Shown here: positions 16,398 to 28,650 of the stretch, piece after piece
Layout of the letters: every line of letters begins with the position of its first letter
Numbering within the stretch: position 1 is the first letter of the stretch
Source: Chlorokybus atmophyticus
Taxonomy: Eukaryota > Plantae > Mesostigma and Chlorokybus algae
DNA: 45,502 nucleotides
Reading direction: 5' to 3'
Assembly: GCA_009103225.1 (NCBI GenBank)
Contig: RHPI01000008.1
Span: 190,911-236,412, forward strand
The notes under the pieces: generated by a model
Database searches by the model: none
What the model was told of the DNA's origin: nothing
What the model saw: only the letters and a program-made list of their open reading frames with translations
Translations under genes and position numbers: made by a program

Positions 16398-17303
16398 GTT
16401 TTTACCCAACCTTCCCACATAAAAACAACTTGTGAGGGGGGCTTTGTAAGCAGGTTGTTGCCGCGCCACGTCTCCTCGACTGCCATGCTACCTCGATGCG
16501 CCCACTAGCACATGTCCACCATGCTGCTACTTATACACAACACTGCAACTCCATGCAATGTCTCCTCCTACTCATACACTAGCACTTTCAACTATATGTA
16601 TAGTAAACAGGCTACACGAGGGTGATGATGATGATCTCCTTCTTGTAGATGTACTTGCTGAGCAGGGCACTATGGTATGCGCCAATGTCTCACGCTTACA
16701 CAACAACAATCTCAGCTAAGGCACCAATAGCATACAACACACGAAGCTGTATTGCACTAGTGTTATGGCACTTGTATGGCAACTTGCTGACCAGATAGCT
16801 AACATCTGTTCACTCACACTGTTTATACAATGAACAAGTCAATGCACGTGTCCAAATCTAGCACAACTGACTCGGAATGCAATAGATCATGGTCACAGCT
16901 ACTTGGACTTGCTCTCCTTCAGCTCTAGCTCCAATCCTTGCCTGCAATGATGAGTGAATCGTCTCCATGACCAGCTCGTGACTGCCACATGGATGCCCAC
17001 TCCTTCCACCAGTCCTTCTCCACTCACAACTCCCAAAATAGCCTCGTGTACACCCACCAGATCTGGGTTGCGCTGATGTCCGGTTACACTGACTGTAACT
17101 CGCCAAATGCACTTCCCCTCACTCAATAACTTCCTTATCTACCTTCCCACCACAAAACCCAACAGACATCATTGTCCAGCTATGCTTCTACAAGCAAATC
17201 CAACTACCTCATGCCTACAACCAGCCCATAGTCTGTTATTCCCCTGCATGTAGTCATATCCCGAGACACCCTAGCTCAAGTCCTTCGCCGGCATGACATT
17301 GTA

Positions 17304-17809
17304 CCGTATTTACCCCATGAAAGTTTCCCCCCTTATACAGTTTCCCTTCATTAAAACACGGGGGGAAACTGTATTTGCACGATAGGATTCCCCCTCTTTG
17401 GTGTTCCCCTTCGAGGATACAGTATGTATATATATATATACATATATATTTATATATAATATAGAGTATATAATAGTGCATGTATGGGTGTATACATAAT
17501 GTATAGTGTATGTATAATAGTTTGATGTACAATAGTGAATGTGTCATAGTGTAATGGATGTATTATGTAGCAGCATATATGTACATGATGCATTGGGCGG
17601 GAAGCCACAGTCTAACCCCCGGTATCTGCCGTAATCGGATACAACACAGTATTCCCGTTACTACCGACAGTATCGGCAGCCGCCTTCTGTCAGTTCCCCT
17701 ACTGAAATAATGCTCCCCCCGTATAGCGTTTCCCTCTGCTTAACGGGGGACCCTCATCAAAAGGAGGGAACTCTAAATTACATTAGAGTCTCTAATGGGG
17801 TAAATAAGG
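17304..17809. mobile_element. ~506-bp MITE related to the 8088 element, with an internal (TA)n-rich tract
   Basis: TA|CCGTATTTACCCCAT ... ATGGGGTAAATAAGG|TC: 15-bp TIR with one mismatch and a decayed right TSD. Internal mini-hairpin TACAGTTTCCC...GGGAAACTGTA at 17336-17373. Confidence 0.6.
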
Positions 17810-17968
17810 TCTCCGACGAAACAACCAACGTATTATCTAGCAGTCACGACTCATGACTGTGTCTCATGACTCATGAGACACCCACTTTAGTTTGAAAACG
17901 GCGCGCTGATCCGACGGCCAAGCCGCCGGCTATTGCCGGCGCAGCCGGTCACGTCGTCGGCCCGGCGG

Positions 17969-18499
17969 TCAAGCCTGTGGCTCGCCCTGTGATTCCAGTT
18001 TCCAAACGTTGGATTTGGATTCCCACCAAGCGTGGGCACTGGGCACACTGCCCGGCGCAGGCTGTAGTCTACGTAAACGGGCGGCTACGGGCCGCGTGCG
18101 CCGACGCGCTCGAGACCGCTGCCGTCGATGCAGCCCATGCATAAGGGCCCCGACTCTCCGGCAGGTTACACCGACACTCGCCACCATCGGTGTCGGTGCA
18201 GCGCTCAAAACCCCGCATGCCGCCACGCAAAAGATTGCAACAAAAACAATCAATGCAGTGTGCCAGCTGCTGAGGCGCACGTTGCTACTGCCGTGGCAAG
18301 CTTCCGAGACGGCGGCGGAGGGGCTGGTGGTGGTGGCGGCGGCGGTCAGGGTAGTGGTGGGGCGTTGGCGGGGTTGGCGGGAGGATGTGTTAGAGGGAGC
18401 GGCTGTGTCGGCTGGGTGCCTGCATTGGAGGGCGGGACGAGGTGAGGGGGGTGACTGACTGACCAGTGGTGACTGCCCGCGCTGCGGCGCCGCTGCCAT
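17969..18499 (-). CDS. Possible GC-rich ORF (176 aa) with one hydrophobic segment; function unknown
   Basis: ATG is preceded by AAAACCCTAG (telo-box) on the same strand; hydrophobic stretch HTALIVFVAIFCVAACGVL. No family recognised. Confidence 0.3.
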   Translation of the reverse strand: MAAAPQRGQSPLVSQSPPSPRPALQCRHPADTAAPSNTSSRQPRQRPTTTLTAAATTTSPSAAVSEACHGSSNVRLSSWHTALIVFVAIFCVAACGVLSAAPTPMVASVGVTCRRVGALMHGLHRRQRSRARRRTRPVAARLRRLQPAPGSVPSAHAWWESKSNVWKLESQGEPQA

Positions 18500-19163
18500 G
18501 CGGTGACGGTGGGACGCTAGGGTTTTGAGGGGCGGTGGAGGCGGAGGTGCGGCTGTGAGGTGTGAGTGTTGCTTGCTGTGCCTGCCTGTGTAGCGCGGGT
18601 GGATAGCTTGCTGCGGGGTCAGTGCGGGTATTTGACGTTGCGGAAGTGTGGCGAATGCAATACTAAGAATGCACCGCCAGCTACACCAGGCCTATCATGC
18701 AAGCTGTCTCGACGTGGGTTACGCTAGCATGCACTGAGTTGCGATTGACTGCGAGTTACCACACTCCCGCAGTTGACATGATAATTGCTTGTGCAAGAAG
18801 CGGTGAATGTCATGTTCAGTGCTGCTGGCCGAGTCAGCCGGTTTGCTACGGGTCAATGCTTCCATGGTTGACAACTCCGCTGGCGTCAACCGAGTCGGTC
18901 AAGTACTGCTATATACTGAAAGCAAAGTTTGTTTTCAGTATACAGCAGTACATAAATATAGAAGCATGTCCTCAATCTCGTAGTGTCTTGCATATCCATT
19001 TGTCAAAATTTGGTTTACTGGTGTGGTGTTGCATTGCTGTTGTCGGCACAATGGAACAGCAGAAGCTTTGAGCATATAGAGTGGTTACATGCTGGCTTTC
19101 TCTCAAACCCATTGCGCTTAACAGGTTGCTAACACATCTTGTCTTTAGAGCGTGATGACAGCA

Positions 19164-22100
19164 ATGGGGCTGTCGAATGGAGCATTCCGATTTTCAGTGG
19201 CGTTTTTTGTCGTTGCCTCCTGCCTGCCATTTGGCAATGCATGGCATGCTCGCCAGTTGCTTCAGGATTGTCCCAGCGACACATGCATTTCGCAATCTCA
19301 ACCCAACATTGCTACGGGAGTAGGCTTTTCGTACTCGGACCCCAGCTGCACTACAGACGGCGGTCTCGGGTGTGTTGGTGGCACAGGCTGCCGTGATTGC
19401 CATACTACGCCTGGTGAAGGGGCTCCTTCACCACTTTGCCCTCAGGTCTGTGCATGCCGTGCTCCAGCAACAACTTTGACATGCTAATGCACTGCTCATA
19501 GTGATATGAGAAGCTGCAGCATGCTTGCCAGTGTGCATAAGTGCGATGCTGTGGCATGCCATGGGCTTCCGGCACATATTGCAAGCTCTCTGATCGATTC
19601 TTCAACACTGTGGCATGCCATTCACAGCATGATTGTAACGTTTTGGCAGTGCGTCTGCACCTTTTTTGGGACCACTGGCTGCGACACAACCGTGCCAACA
19701 GTTGCGCCGCCTCCTGCGCCCGAGGTGCCTGTGCCGGCCCCAGTGCCCGAGGTGCCTGCTGCTTCACCACCTGAGTTGCCTGCTGTTCCACCCACACCTG
19801 ATGTCGCTCTCACTCCACCACCACCATTTGTGACTGCTCCTCCGTCTTTGATATTAACTCCCTCTGAAGCTCCTGTTGCTCTTTCTCCCCCTTTGTTGGC
19901 TAATTCACCATCACAGGTATCTCCTCCTGTTGAGGCCCCACCCCTAGGCACACCCGTGGCAGTCCCGGAGTCCCCAGCACTTGCACCGGAATCATTGTTT
20001 CCACCTCCCCCACCAGGTTTGTCTGCTGTGAAGTTGTTGGCATTAACACCCAAATGACAATGTGTGGGTTGCTGAAAAGTCAGCTACTCGGATGAATGAT
20101 GCTGTGTGACGCGTGAAGAATGCTTGCCATACAATGCGTCTGTGGCTGAGCCTTCTTGAAACTTGGCCAGTGATTAAACACAGGTTGTTGTTTGTGCAGG
20201 TCTGAGCACCATTGAAACCAGCATCCTGCTTTCAGGCCCAACAGGAAGCCTGTTGCCCTTTGATGGTACCAAACAAAGCGCCTTCTTGACATCCATTGCT
20301 GGCAACCTGAACATACCGTATGTGGCAAGTCTGCAGCTATTACTGTGTTGTCGTTAATTTTATTTGGGTTGTTACTGACCAGTATGTGCGCTGCTCAGGG
20401 TGGAGAATATCCAGCTGTTGAACATCACACAGATTGTGCCAACTGCAAGACGCCTTCGCAGACTGCAGCAGGACACAAGCGAGCAAATTGCCCTGGCGCT
20501 GCTCATCTCCACCACTACTGACCAAGTACAAAGCCTAGTCGACCGAATCAACTCTGCTTTTGCCAACGCCCAAGCCACCACAAGCAGTGGTAAGTTGGTA
20601 CCCTGCAAGCAATGGTTAATCAGCTTTACTGGCTTGAAGCCTCCTTATTCATAAACCAATGGTCAACAGGTGCAACAGTGACCTTGTCAGTACTGCAAGC
20701 CCCAGTTATCACCTCAGGTACTCTACAGTGATTGTAATAGCTTCTGGTCTGAAGGTGTTGCAACTGTTAAGAGTTGCAAACGCATTGGCTGGCAGGTTTC
20801 CCGGATTTTGCACCGGCACCGGCACCGGCTTCCGCTGCTGGGAGTGGTAACGGTGGCTTGTCCGGTGGTGCCATTGCTGGCATTGCAATTGGTTCAACAG
20901 TTGGTGTACTCCTACTGCTTGCACTGCTGGCGGTTCTCTTGCTACGGTGCTGCCGCAAGAGGCAGAGGACAGCTGTACCAGCGTACAAGTCTGCGCACGT
21001 GCAAAGGAGCAGTTCCACCAGCCTGACTCCCGGCACTAGATCGGTATGTCACGCAGTTTTGAATCATTGCCTGCCAGCACCAGTTCATTAGGAAGCTGAC
21101 GAATTTGCAATTCTTTGTGTTGGCAGAACTCCGGGATTGTAGCAGATAGAGTGTCCAAAATTCCAGACTCTTGGGCTGCTGACGATGTCTCACTGTCGTA
21201 CCCGCAGTCGCCCGTTGTGCAGCCTGTTGTAGCTCCCGCTGCAGGCAAAGTGTTCACACCAGCCCCTGTTGTGCCACCTGCAGCACCTGCTGTTATCATA
21301 CCAGCTCCTGCCGCAACTGCTGCTCCTGCCGCAGCTGCTGCTCCTGCAACACCAGCTCCTGTGACAGCTGCCCCGGTGGTTCTATCACCTCCACCACCAC
21401 CACCACCTGTTGTAAGCGCACCGAAACCTGCAATCATAGCTGCGCTGGAGGGCCCCAAAGCGCTGGAGCCTGCCGTCGCCACAGCAGTAGCGGTGGCGGC
21501 AGCAGCGCCAGTTGTGGCTACCGGAGTAGTGGCCGCACGCTCGCGAAGACAGGACTTGGCCACAAGAGCAGGAATTGTGAAGCCGATCCGCGTCACGGAT
21601 GAGGGGTGAGCATTGCCGAGAAAATGTGGTGGTGTAGCTTGAGACTGTGTTGTCTAAGGGCTTCTTGTGGCAGGGATGATGAGACGGATGTGCCGCTGTC
21701 AAAACCGTCCCCGGTGCCCGCTTCCATCCATGACACGTACAGCCCGGCAGCGGCTATGCTGACTCCAGACATAACTCCCAGTAAGCCCGCTCGGCCTGTA
21801 AATGTGGACGTGCAGGACATTGTCACGCCGGAGCATACTCCTCAACCCGCAGTGGACCCTCCGAAAGCAGTAGAGCGCATGCGGCCGAGCCCATTGATGG
21901 TATCTCCGCTGCCTCCAACACCACCCGTCATGCCCGCGGTAAGCACTCAGGTTTGCATAACACCCTTAGTCAGCACACAGCTCTCGATGTTTAACTGAAT
22001 CTGTGTCTGTACGCAGTCGAGCCCTTCCCTAGACAAGAGCTCCTCCTCCCGTAAATACTTCACCAAGACCCGGTTGCAGCAGCAATCCCCCGACCCCAAG

Positions 22101-22187
22101 CCGACCGCATCAGGAGGTGAGCCCAGCGACGCCAGCTACAAGATTCTGAAGTTCAAGGCTTCCCCGGGAGGCCCAAGCACAGAATAG
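19164..22187 (+). CDS. Type-I membrane protein: signal peptide, Cys-rich domain, Pro-rich linker, SEA-like repeat, TM helix, long Pro/Ala-rich tail (paralog 2)
   Basis: Exons approx. 19164(or 19155)-19445, 19650-20016, 20200 onward, 20399-20590, 20670 onward, through TAG at 22185-22187; the junctions I checked are in-frame GT-AG. TM segment is GLSGGAIAGIAIGSTVGVLLLLALLAVLLLRCC. Confidence 0.78.
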
Positions 22188-22789
22188 CAGATTAGTAGTA
22201 GACGCTAGCTTTGCCCATTACCACCCTGTTACACATCACTTGGTGATAGTTTTCCAATCAGATAGTTGTTCTTCCGCACGTGGAGTTGCTTGCAGGCTGT
22301 GCATGGGCGAAGAGTGCATGTCGTATCACCAATGTGGTCAGTACATAGACGAGCTTACTCAACCAGTGGCTTTCCACTATGCCCAGTGAGGTTCCATGCA
22401 CAGGCACCGTGTGCGTGTTGTGACGGCCGCAGACACGAATGAGCTGTATACAAACACTAACTGACTCGCATTCAAAGCGCTGAGAGCAGCTGGCTGTGTC
22501 ACCACCGTCATGGGTGTATCAACCTCCACCCGGAGAGAACATGTATGACCCATGTACAGTTTGATTACTCTTCAAAGCCTCCGCTCACATGGTTGACATT
22601 ACTCTACCGAGTTACTATGCTGCCTGATGGTGTGATTGCTTTTGTGGCGCTAAGAGTTGCAAACCATGCTGCAATGTAGTGTCACATGTGCACACGAGCA
22701 TAGCATGCATTGCACATTGAGGTAGTCTCTACTTCGTGTGGGAGAGATGGCGCTGCCATGGCTACTATTCGCATCAATGGCGCACCGGT

Positions 22790-23210
22790 GGAGAACATAT
22801 TACTTCGGCTGTCATGCCGCGAGGTTGGGTGCTGGTGCGTGGCTGGCGGGACTGCTGATGACACCAGCGAAGAGGCTGTCCAGGGACATGTTCGAGACGG
22901 CATTGCGCGTGCATCTGGGGTTACCACACCTTCTACTGGCTGATGCGGCGCATGGCGTGTGCAGGGCATTGCTGCAGCCGTAGGGCACTCACCTGCTCCG
23001 CTGCGGTGTAGGCGGAGCGCGTACAGCCACACTCGACGCGGTGCGCGACGAGGTGTTCGCTATGTTCATGGAGGCTGCCTTCGTCATTGGCCGCGAGCAG
23101 TCGGGTTGTATGCCCGTCCTCCTGGGGGAGGTGCAGGGCAGATGGCCGGACCTGATGGCGTTTGAGCCGGGCCGCGACAGGAAGCTGCTTCCAGACGTCA
23201 TCGTCATGAT
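22790..23210 (+). pseudogene. Fragment of an RLE-type (CRE/R2-like) non-LTR retrotransposon: zinc knuckle and restriction-like endonuclease region
   Basis: GAGAWL...FETALRVHLGLP...GTHLLRCGVGGART..LDAVRD...E...RWPDL.AFEPG...LLPDV, interrupted by an internal stop. Confidence 0.7.
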
Positions 23211-23386
23211 GTGTGTAGATCAACCGGTACAACAGTGGGGGGGGCGGCGGCGGCGGCGGTGTGGCTGTGCAAGCACACAACAGAGACAAGCATAGCATCA
23301 CAAACAAAGACTGCACATGTGGATGCTAAATAACCCTTACGAGAAGGCGCTGTACATAGTTTTGCAAGCAGAGGCGGGACCAAAGC

Positions 23387-23540
23387 TCAGCGGCTGCCGG
23401 CCAGCTCTGGTGCCTTCAGCTGAAAGCCAGACACCTCTGCTAGGGCAGACAATTGCTGTTCGCCGCTCAGGACCTGGCCATTGATAATCCAAGTTGGAAA
23501 TCCCTCCAACTTTGCATCAAGGCAAGCCTTGGCCATGTTC
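23387..23540 (-). CDS. LTO1: Orphan 3' end of an LTO1/VKOR-DsbA-like thioredoxin-fold protein, cut by an N at 23541
   Basis: MAKACLDAKLEGFPTWIINGQVLSGEQQLSALAEVSGF matches the plant LTO1 C-terminus as recalled; upstream exons were not found. Confidence 0.7.
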
Positions 23541-24329
23541 NTTAGGTAAGGACCTCCAGCATGCACTGCTTGTGCGTGCGCCACATCGCCACGGTGTGAG
23601 GAGCGGAGACGCGGCGTTGGGAGGGCTCTGTCCACATCTATCATCAGCGCATATTATGCGCCTTGCAGCGGACGCAGAGGATGGGGGTCCTGGAGCGGGG
23701 AACGGCGGCTGTACCAGTGGTGCCGGGATGGGGTCCAATGGCTCAAGGCCCTCCACCAATTGAAGCGCCCGCGATGCCCGCGCAGCCTAGTGACGTGTGG
23801 GTGTGCGTTGTGAATTGTGTGCGATGTGTGCGGACAGGCAAAGGGTGTGCATCGTAGTCATCCCAAATACACGCTGATTTGCACATAATCAGCACCCAAG
23901 AGCAAAGCACCGACATAAACACAATCATTACACCGGGGGCCTTCACTACCTATTCTACACCACACCAAGTGCCTTCTGTGCAATGAAAATTTCAAGCAGT
24001 ATGAGGCAGCAGCCAACCAACGATTTAACCAACCTGTGAAGCAAATGCAGTAGGCGAAGGTGAGAAGCGGTAATGGCGCGCAGCAAGGAAGGAACGCGAC
24101 ACGACAAGACAAGTGCGATAATGGCGTGGTGGCAGCACTGACAGCCAACACTTGCATGTTAATGATAGTGGAGGAGGGGATAATTTCGCTTATGCTGATA
24201 GCCCTCGATACATCTCCCTCATTACTAGAACGGCCAGAGTTCAAGTGAAGCTATAGACTTTGCGCCATGCCTACCACAACTGCATACTCAAACACACGCG
24301 CACGTGTGCAACTGCGACTACCCGGCAGC

Positions 24330-24790
24330 AGCCGCCAGTACAGCATCCGCCTCATATGTCGGTGCTGACGTCTGGACGCGTCCCCAGCCTGGCACGGCGG
24401 CCACGACCGCCGCTCCTCGCTTCACGATTGTGACGCCCTGCGCACGCTATAGCGCGCAGGCCATCCGCTGCCGGTAAAGCGCCATGAAGCCTGGCAGGCG
24501 GTGCAGCGGCAAGTCACGTGCAGCTATCGCACGGCGAGCGTAGGAGGCGATGACGTCGTGGAATGCCTTGCCGAGGGTACGATAGGCTCAGCCGCCAGGG
24601 GATGGAAGGTGTTAGTGGCGGGGTGATTGTGGTATTTGCGCCGTTTCGCCTACTCCACCACACGTGCTCCGCCATGTTGCTCACCGCACGCAGTAATGGT
24701 CACGTCCAGTAACATCTGTGTATCTTGACCCGGTTCGGAGGCCACCAGGTCCACCCTTCTGCCTGAAGTCTCGCCCAACAGGATGTAGCG
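24330..24790 (-). pseudogene. Second RLE-type non-LTR retrotransposon 3' fragment, same family, opposite orientation
   Basis: LLGETSGRRVDLVASEPGQD..MLLDVTI...E*AKRRKY...TFHPLAAE/TYRTLG...YRQRMACAL*RAQG, with stops and a frameshift. Confidence 0.7.
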
Positions 24791-25367
24791 GCGCAATGCT
24801 CAATATCAGTGTCCTTATCAGCGCCACATTATCAGCATGCTCTTAATGAGCCAGCGAGGCCACGCGCCTCAATATAATGCACAGTAGAAATTGCATTAGC
24901 CAATAGCATGCTTTGTTTCTCATAAGCTTATTAGCTACACGCCACACTTGTGCCCTACTTAAGCGGTCCCTTTCTATTCCATTAATTCAGTCTTGCTTAT
25001 TATTATTTGCTTAATGTGGCCTGCTATATGCATGTGAGATGCCGCCGGTATAGAGAGTGCTGACATTACATTAGTGGAGACGCGGATTGAGTGCCTTTTC
25101 ACCACTCACCTCTGTTTTTGACAATTCAGTCATAATTGTCACCGCTTTTTATATCTTTGTTTTTAATTATATTTAATATTTAATAATATTTTTATATTTA
25201 TATTATTATTGTTATAATTATATTGTATATTTATATTTTTTTTCTGTTATCGGCTCCGGCATTTTATCTTCTCTTAAGTCAACGTTGACCTTCATGGCGC
25301 ATAACACACGCGGCCGAGCCATCGAAGGAAATGTGACCCCTCACAAAGCAGACTCGGCGTACGCCAC

Positions 25368-28300
25368 CATGGTCACGATACGCGGTACACCCCCAATGAT
25401 GTTCCATTGTGACCAGGTACATTAGTGTAACAGTACTGTACCTTGGACGCCCAAAAGTGGTACAGTGGTACAATACCAGGATTAGGGTTTGTGAGTGCGC
25501 CGGCCCTGGGCCTGGTTGCCGGCGGGGGTTAGTGGTGTTGCTGGCGCCGGCAGTGGCGGCGCCGGCGGCTGTAAGCCTTATGCTGGCTTGGTGTGGTAGG
25601 TAGCATAGTGTAGGAGGTGACCAGCCTGTAGCCATGTCTCAAAGTCGTGTGGTTTCGCTGGAGGAGGATGTTGTCAATCATGTTGAGCATGCTGGTGAGA
25701 TTCCAGAGCATGCTGCCGCCGGTGGTGAGCGCAGGAGAGTTGGCCCGCCACGCAATGAGGTGTGGATACATTTTAACGTTAGGCCTAAGCAAAAGAGCGC
25801 CACAAACAGGAGGGATGCTGCAAAATGCAAGTACTGTGCAAAGGCGTGGGAGGATGCACGCATTCCAAAATTAGTCAGGCACATTACTTCAGAATGTACT
25901 CGTGTGAGCTCAGACATCAGGAAGTCATTAGTAGAGGGTGTAGCTTCAAGCAGGCCTGTAATGGAGACAGCAGGACAATCTGTTGACTCACGCAAACGTG
26001 TTAGAACAACACAAACCTCCCTTTCCAACATCTGCAAGTCTACTGCTATGCCATTAGCACAGCAGAAAGAGCTGGATTTGAAGTTGTTGTTGTTCTTTGT
26101 TTGTAATGCCATCTCGTTTCGTGTGGTGGACAATGTGGTTTCGAGCACTCTTATATGCTCTACATCCTGGCTACACACCGCCAAGTAAGCATTCGTTGAG
26201 TATGGGTTGGTATCTGTCAGTTTCTCTCTTGCATGCTAGCACTGTTACTCATGTACTGCTGCTGGTAGGTGCTACCATGTTGCGCACAACACATCTGACC
26301 AATGAGGCTGCGTTTGTGCACCAAACTTGTTGAGCGCATCAAGCATGAAAGCACCATCACGTTAACTATTGATGGGTGGAGCAACACCAACAATGAGAGC
26401 GTGTACGCGTGCAACATCATTTTATCAGATCGGTCAGTTCATTTGTTATCATTCTCAATCTTTCAGAAGACACGCACACCTGCGCTTACCTGGCTGGTGA
26501 GTGCAGTACTTGTTGCCAGCAATTGTCAAATGATATGTTGCACAAGTGGCTACATCGCACAAATGCACTGCATGTGTGTTCAAAAAGTGCATCGACCGCG
26601 TTGAACCCAAAAAGGTTGCAACTCTAGTCACGGACAACGCGGCCAACATGCGGTTGGCGCGCGGGTTGCTGGTGGGCTAAATCTGGCTACACGCACATCA
26701 TTGAGCTGAGGTATGCATGCTTTTCAATGCACAGTGCATTGTAAAGATGTGCAACAGCCAACATGTCTCATGCATGCATTGCTTGCAGGTGTTACGTGCA
26801 CAGCTTCTTCTTGGTGATGGGCTCTTGTATGTCACACCATTGGGCAAAACGCCTCATCACAAATGCACAAGAGGTTGTGACATACTTCAAGGCTGCGCAT
26901 AAGCCATTGGCGCTGCTCAAGATGGCAGCCAAGGCCGACGGCATCATCGGCACCCTATACTCCTCAAACAAGACTCGTTTTACATCAGTCCATCGTTGTA
27001 TTTAATCTGTTCTTCGCATGTATGATGCGCTTAGGCAGGTCTGTAGGGTACATGCGGGAGATATCAAGAACGGTGTTGTCATGGACATCGTGCGCGATGT
27101 TGATCGCGAGTTTTGGGATGGGTTGGGTGCTATTGACAAGCTTTTGCAACCCTTCACCAAGGTTATAATGGCTGCACAATGTGCGCGCACTACCCTTGCA
27201 GATGTGACGCGGTACTGGCTTTACCTGGCGCAACAGTTGAAAACGCTGGCGTCTCAGCTGCCACGTAAGTATTATCATGCCTCTTGTTAGACCTTGCTTC
27301 GTGCTATTGCATATGTAGACATGTGTGCTCATGCACATGCACAGGTGATTTTAAGGAGAATGTTATTTAAATTTTTACATGAGTCAGAGAAATGGACATC
27401 AAGTTGGCGCGACTTGCATTGTTTCTTGATCCGCGTTACAAGGGAGCAGCTACTCGTACTGAGGACATGAAGCCGCTTCATCGTGTGGTATGCAAAGTGG
27501 CAATGCATGCTTATGTGTCTGATTGCTGTAGCTCTACTCATTATGCTAGTGCATTGACATGTTGTATGATGCAGGCCATTGCAGTTATGAAAAAGCGAGG
27601 GCACAACTTGCAGGAGTGTGAGCGTTTGCTCACACAACTGGCAGAGTACAAGGCTGGCCTATCTCCTTTCAACCACCCATGTGGTGGTGACACATTCAAC
27701 TTGCGTGCTTGGTGGCTAGCTGCTGGTGCAACGCGTGCGGAGATTACCACTCTAGCCATTGTACTTCTCGATCTTGTGCCGCATGCAGCCGCACCGGAGC
27801 GCACGTTCTCCACCATGGGTTGGTTCCACAGCGACAAGCGCAATCGCATGAATGCTCTCACAACAGGAATGCTAGCTGCAGTCAAGGTGCATCACGACAA
27901 CCGCAAGCCCATGTAAGTGCAACATGTTTACCTACCACGATGCAATGCGCTTGTACTCACGTCATTGTTGATGTGTGGTAGGCTGAATGACTTTCCAGTT
28001 TGAGATGGCGTTGCATCATGCGATGAAGAAGCAATAATTGATGACGATGAAAATGAGGATGTTGTAAATGCTGAGCAGCTAGAGTCAGCATTAGATGAGA
28101 TGGTGAACGTTATTGGTGGGGCTGCTGCAAAGTTGGAGTTTGCACATGTCTCATGCACTGAGCTGGATCCCACGTTTCTTGAAGACTTTACTTTGGACCA
28201 CCCTACCATGCACCCTGCTTATCGGCCGAGTGCGCTGGAAGAGCTGCCACAAACTGTGCGCTTGGGAGAGCATATGGATAGCAACAATTTTGATGAGGAG

Positions 28301-28650
28301 GCACTCTTAGCCAAGTTTGATTGATAGTATTACTTGATGACAGTTCTGCATGCACGGCTGCCAGTTGCGCGCGTGTTTGCATGTGATTGCATTGCTCACT
28401 TATTATTGCTATTGTAACATAACATTGTCATATCATCATTGATAATGGTATTCGTCGTCTTTCTTCACTTGTCTTTTGTTGTTTACTATGCAAATACGAT
28501 GCACAGACTCTGCAACATTCAATGAGCATAAGAACTTGTGTGTACAGACAATGTACAAACGCGTATAAGAAGCAACAATCATAGTACCCAGTGTGACATT
28601 GGGTAGTGTACCTGTACCCACCCGTCAAGAGGGTGTACCGCGTGACCATG
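25368..28650 (+). mobile_element. hAT-superfamily DNA transposon, degenerate
   Basis: Inverted ends CATGGTCACG(ATAC)GCGGTACACCC and GGGTGTACCGCGTGACCATG; sub-terminal GGTAC/GTACC motif clusters; internal transposase. No clean 8-bp TSD. Confidence 0.8.
25634..28324 (+). pseudogene. Intron-containing hAT transposase (BED zinc finger, DUF659-like core, C-terminal dimerisation domain), disrupted
   Basis: VWIHF...CKYC...LVRHITSEC (BED); LTIDGWSN; VTDNAANM; CYVHSF; WW...LAIVLLDLVPHAAAPERTFSTMGWFHSDKRNRM. Frameshift near 26146 and in-frame stops. Confidence 0.88.

Noticed and set aside
15850-16486. Poly-Pro/poly-Gly ORFs around the second gap
   Set aside because: Poly(C) tracts plus Ns, with no coding evidence.
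16860-17240. Faint Copia-RT-like words on the minus strand (LGFVVG, GKCIWR, QPRS, GDDSLIIAG)
   Set aside because: Spread over several frames with many stops; cannot be supported without a profile search.
24880-25360. Candidate 5' LTR of element A (AT-rich tract)
   Set aside because: No matching 3' copy in the window and no clear TG...CA ends or PBS.
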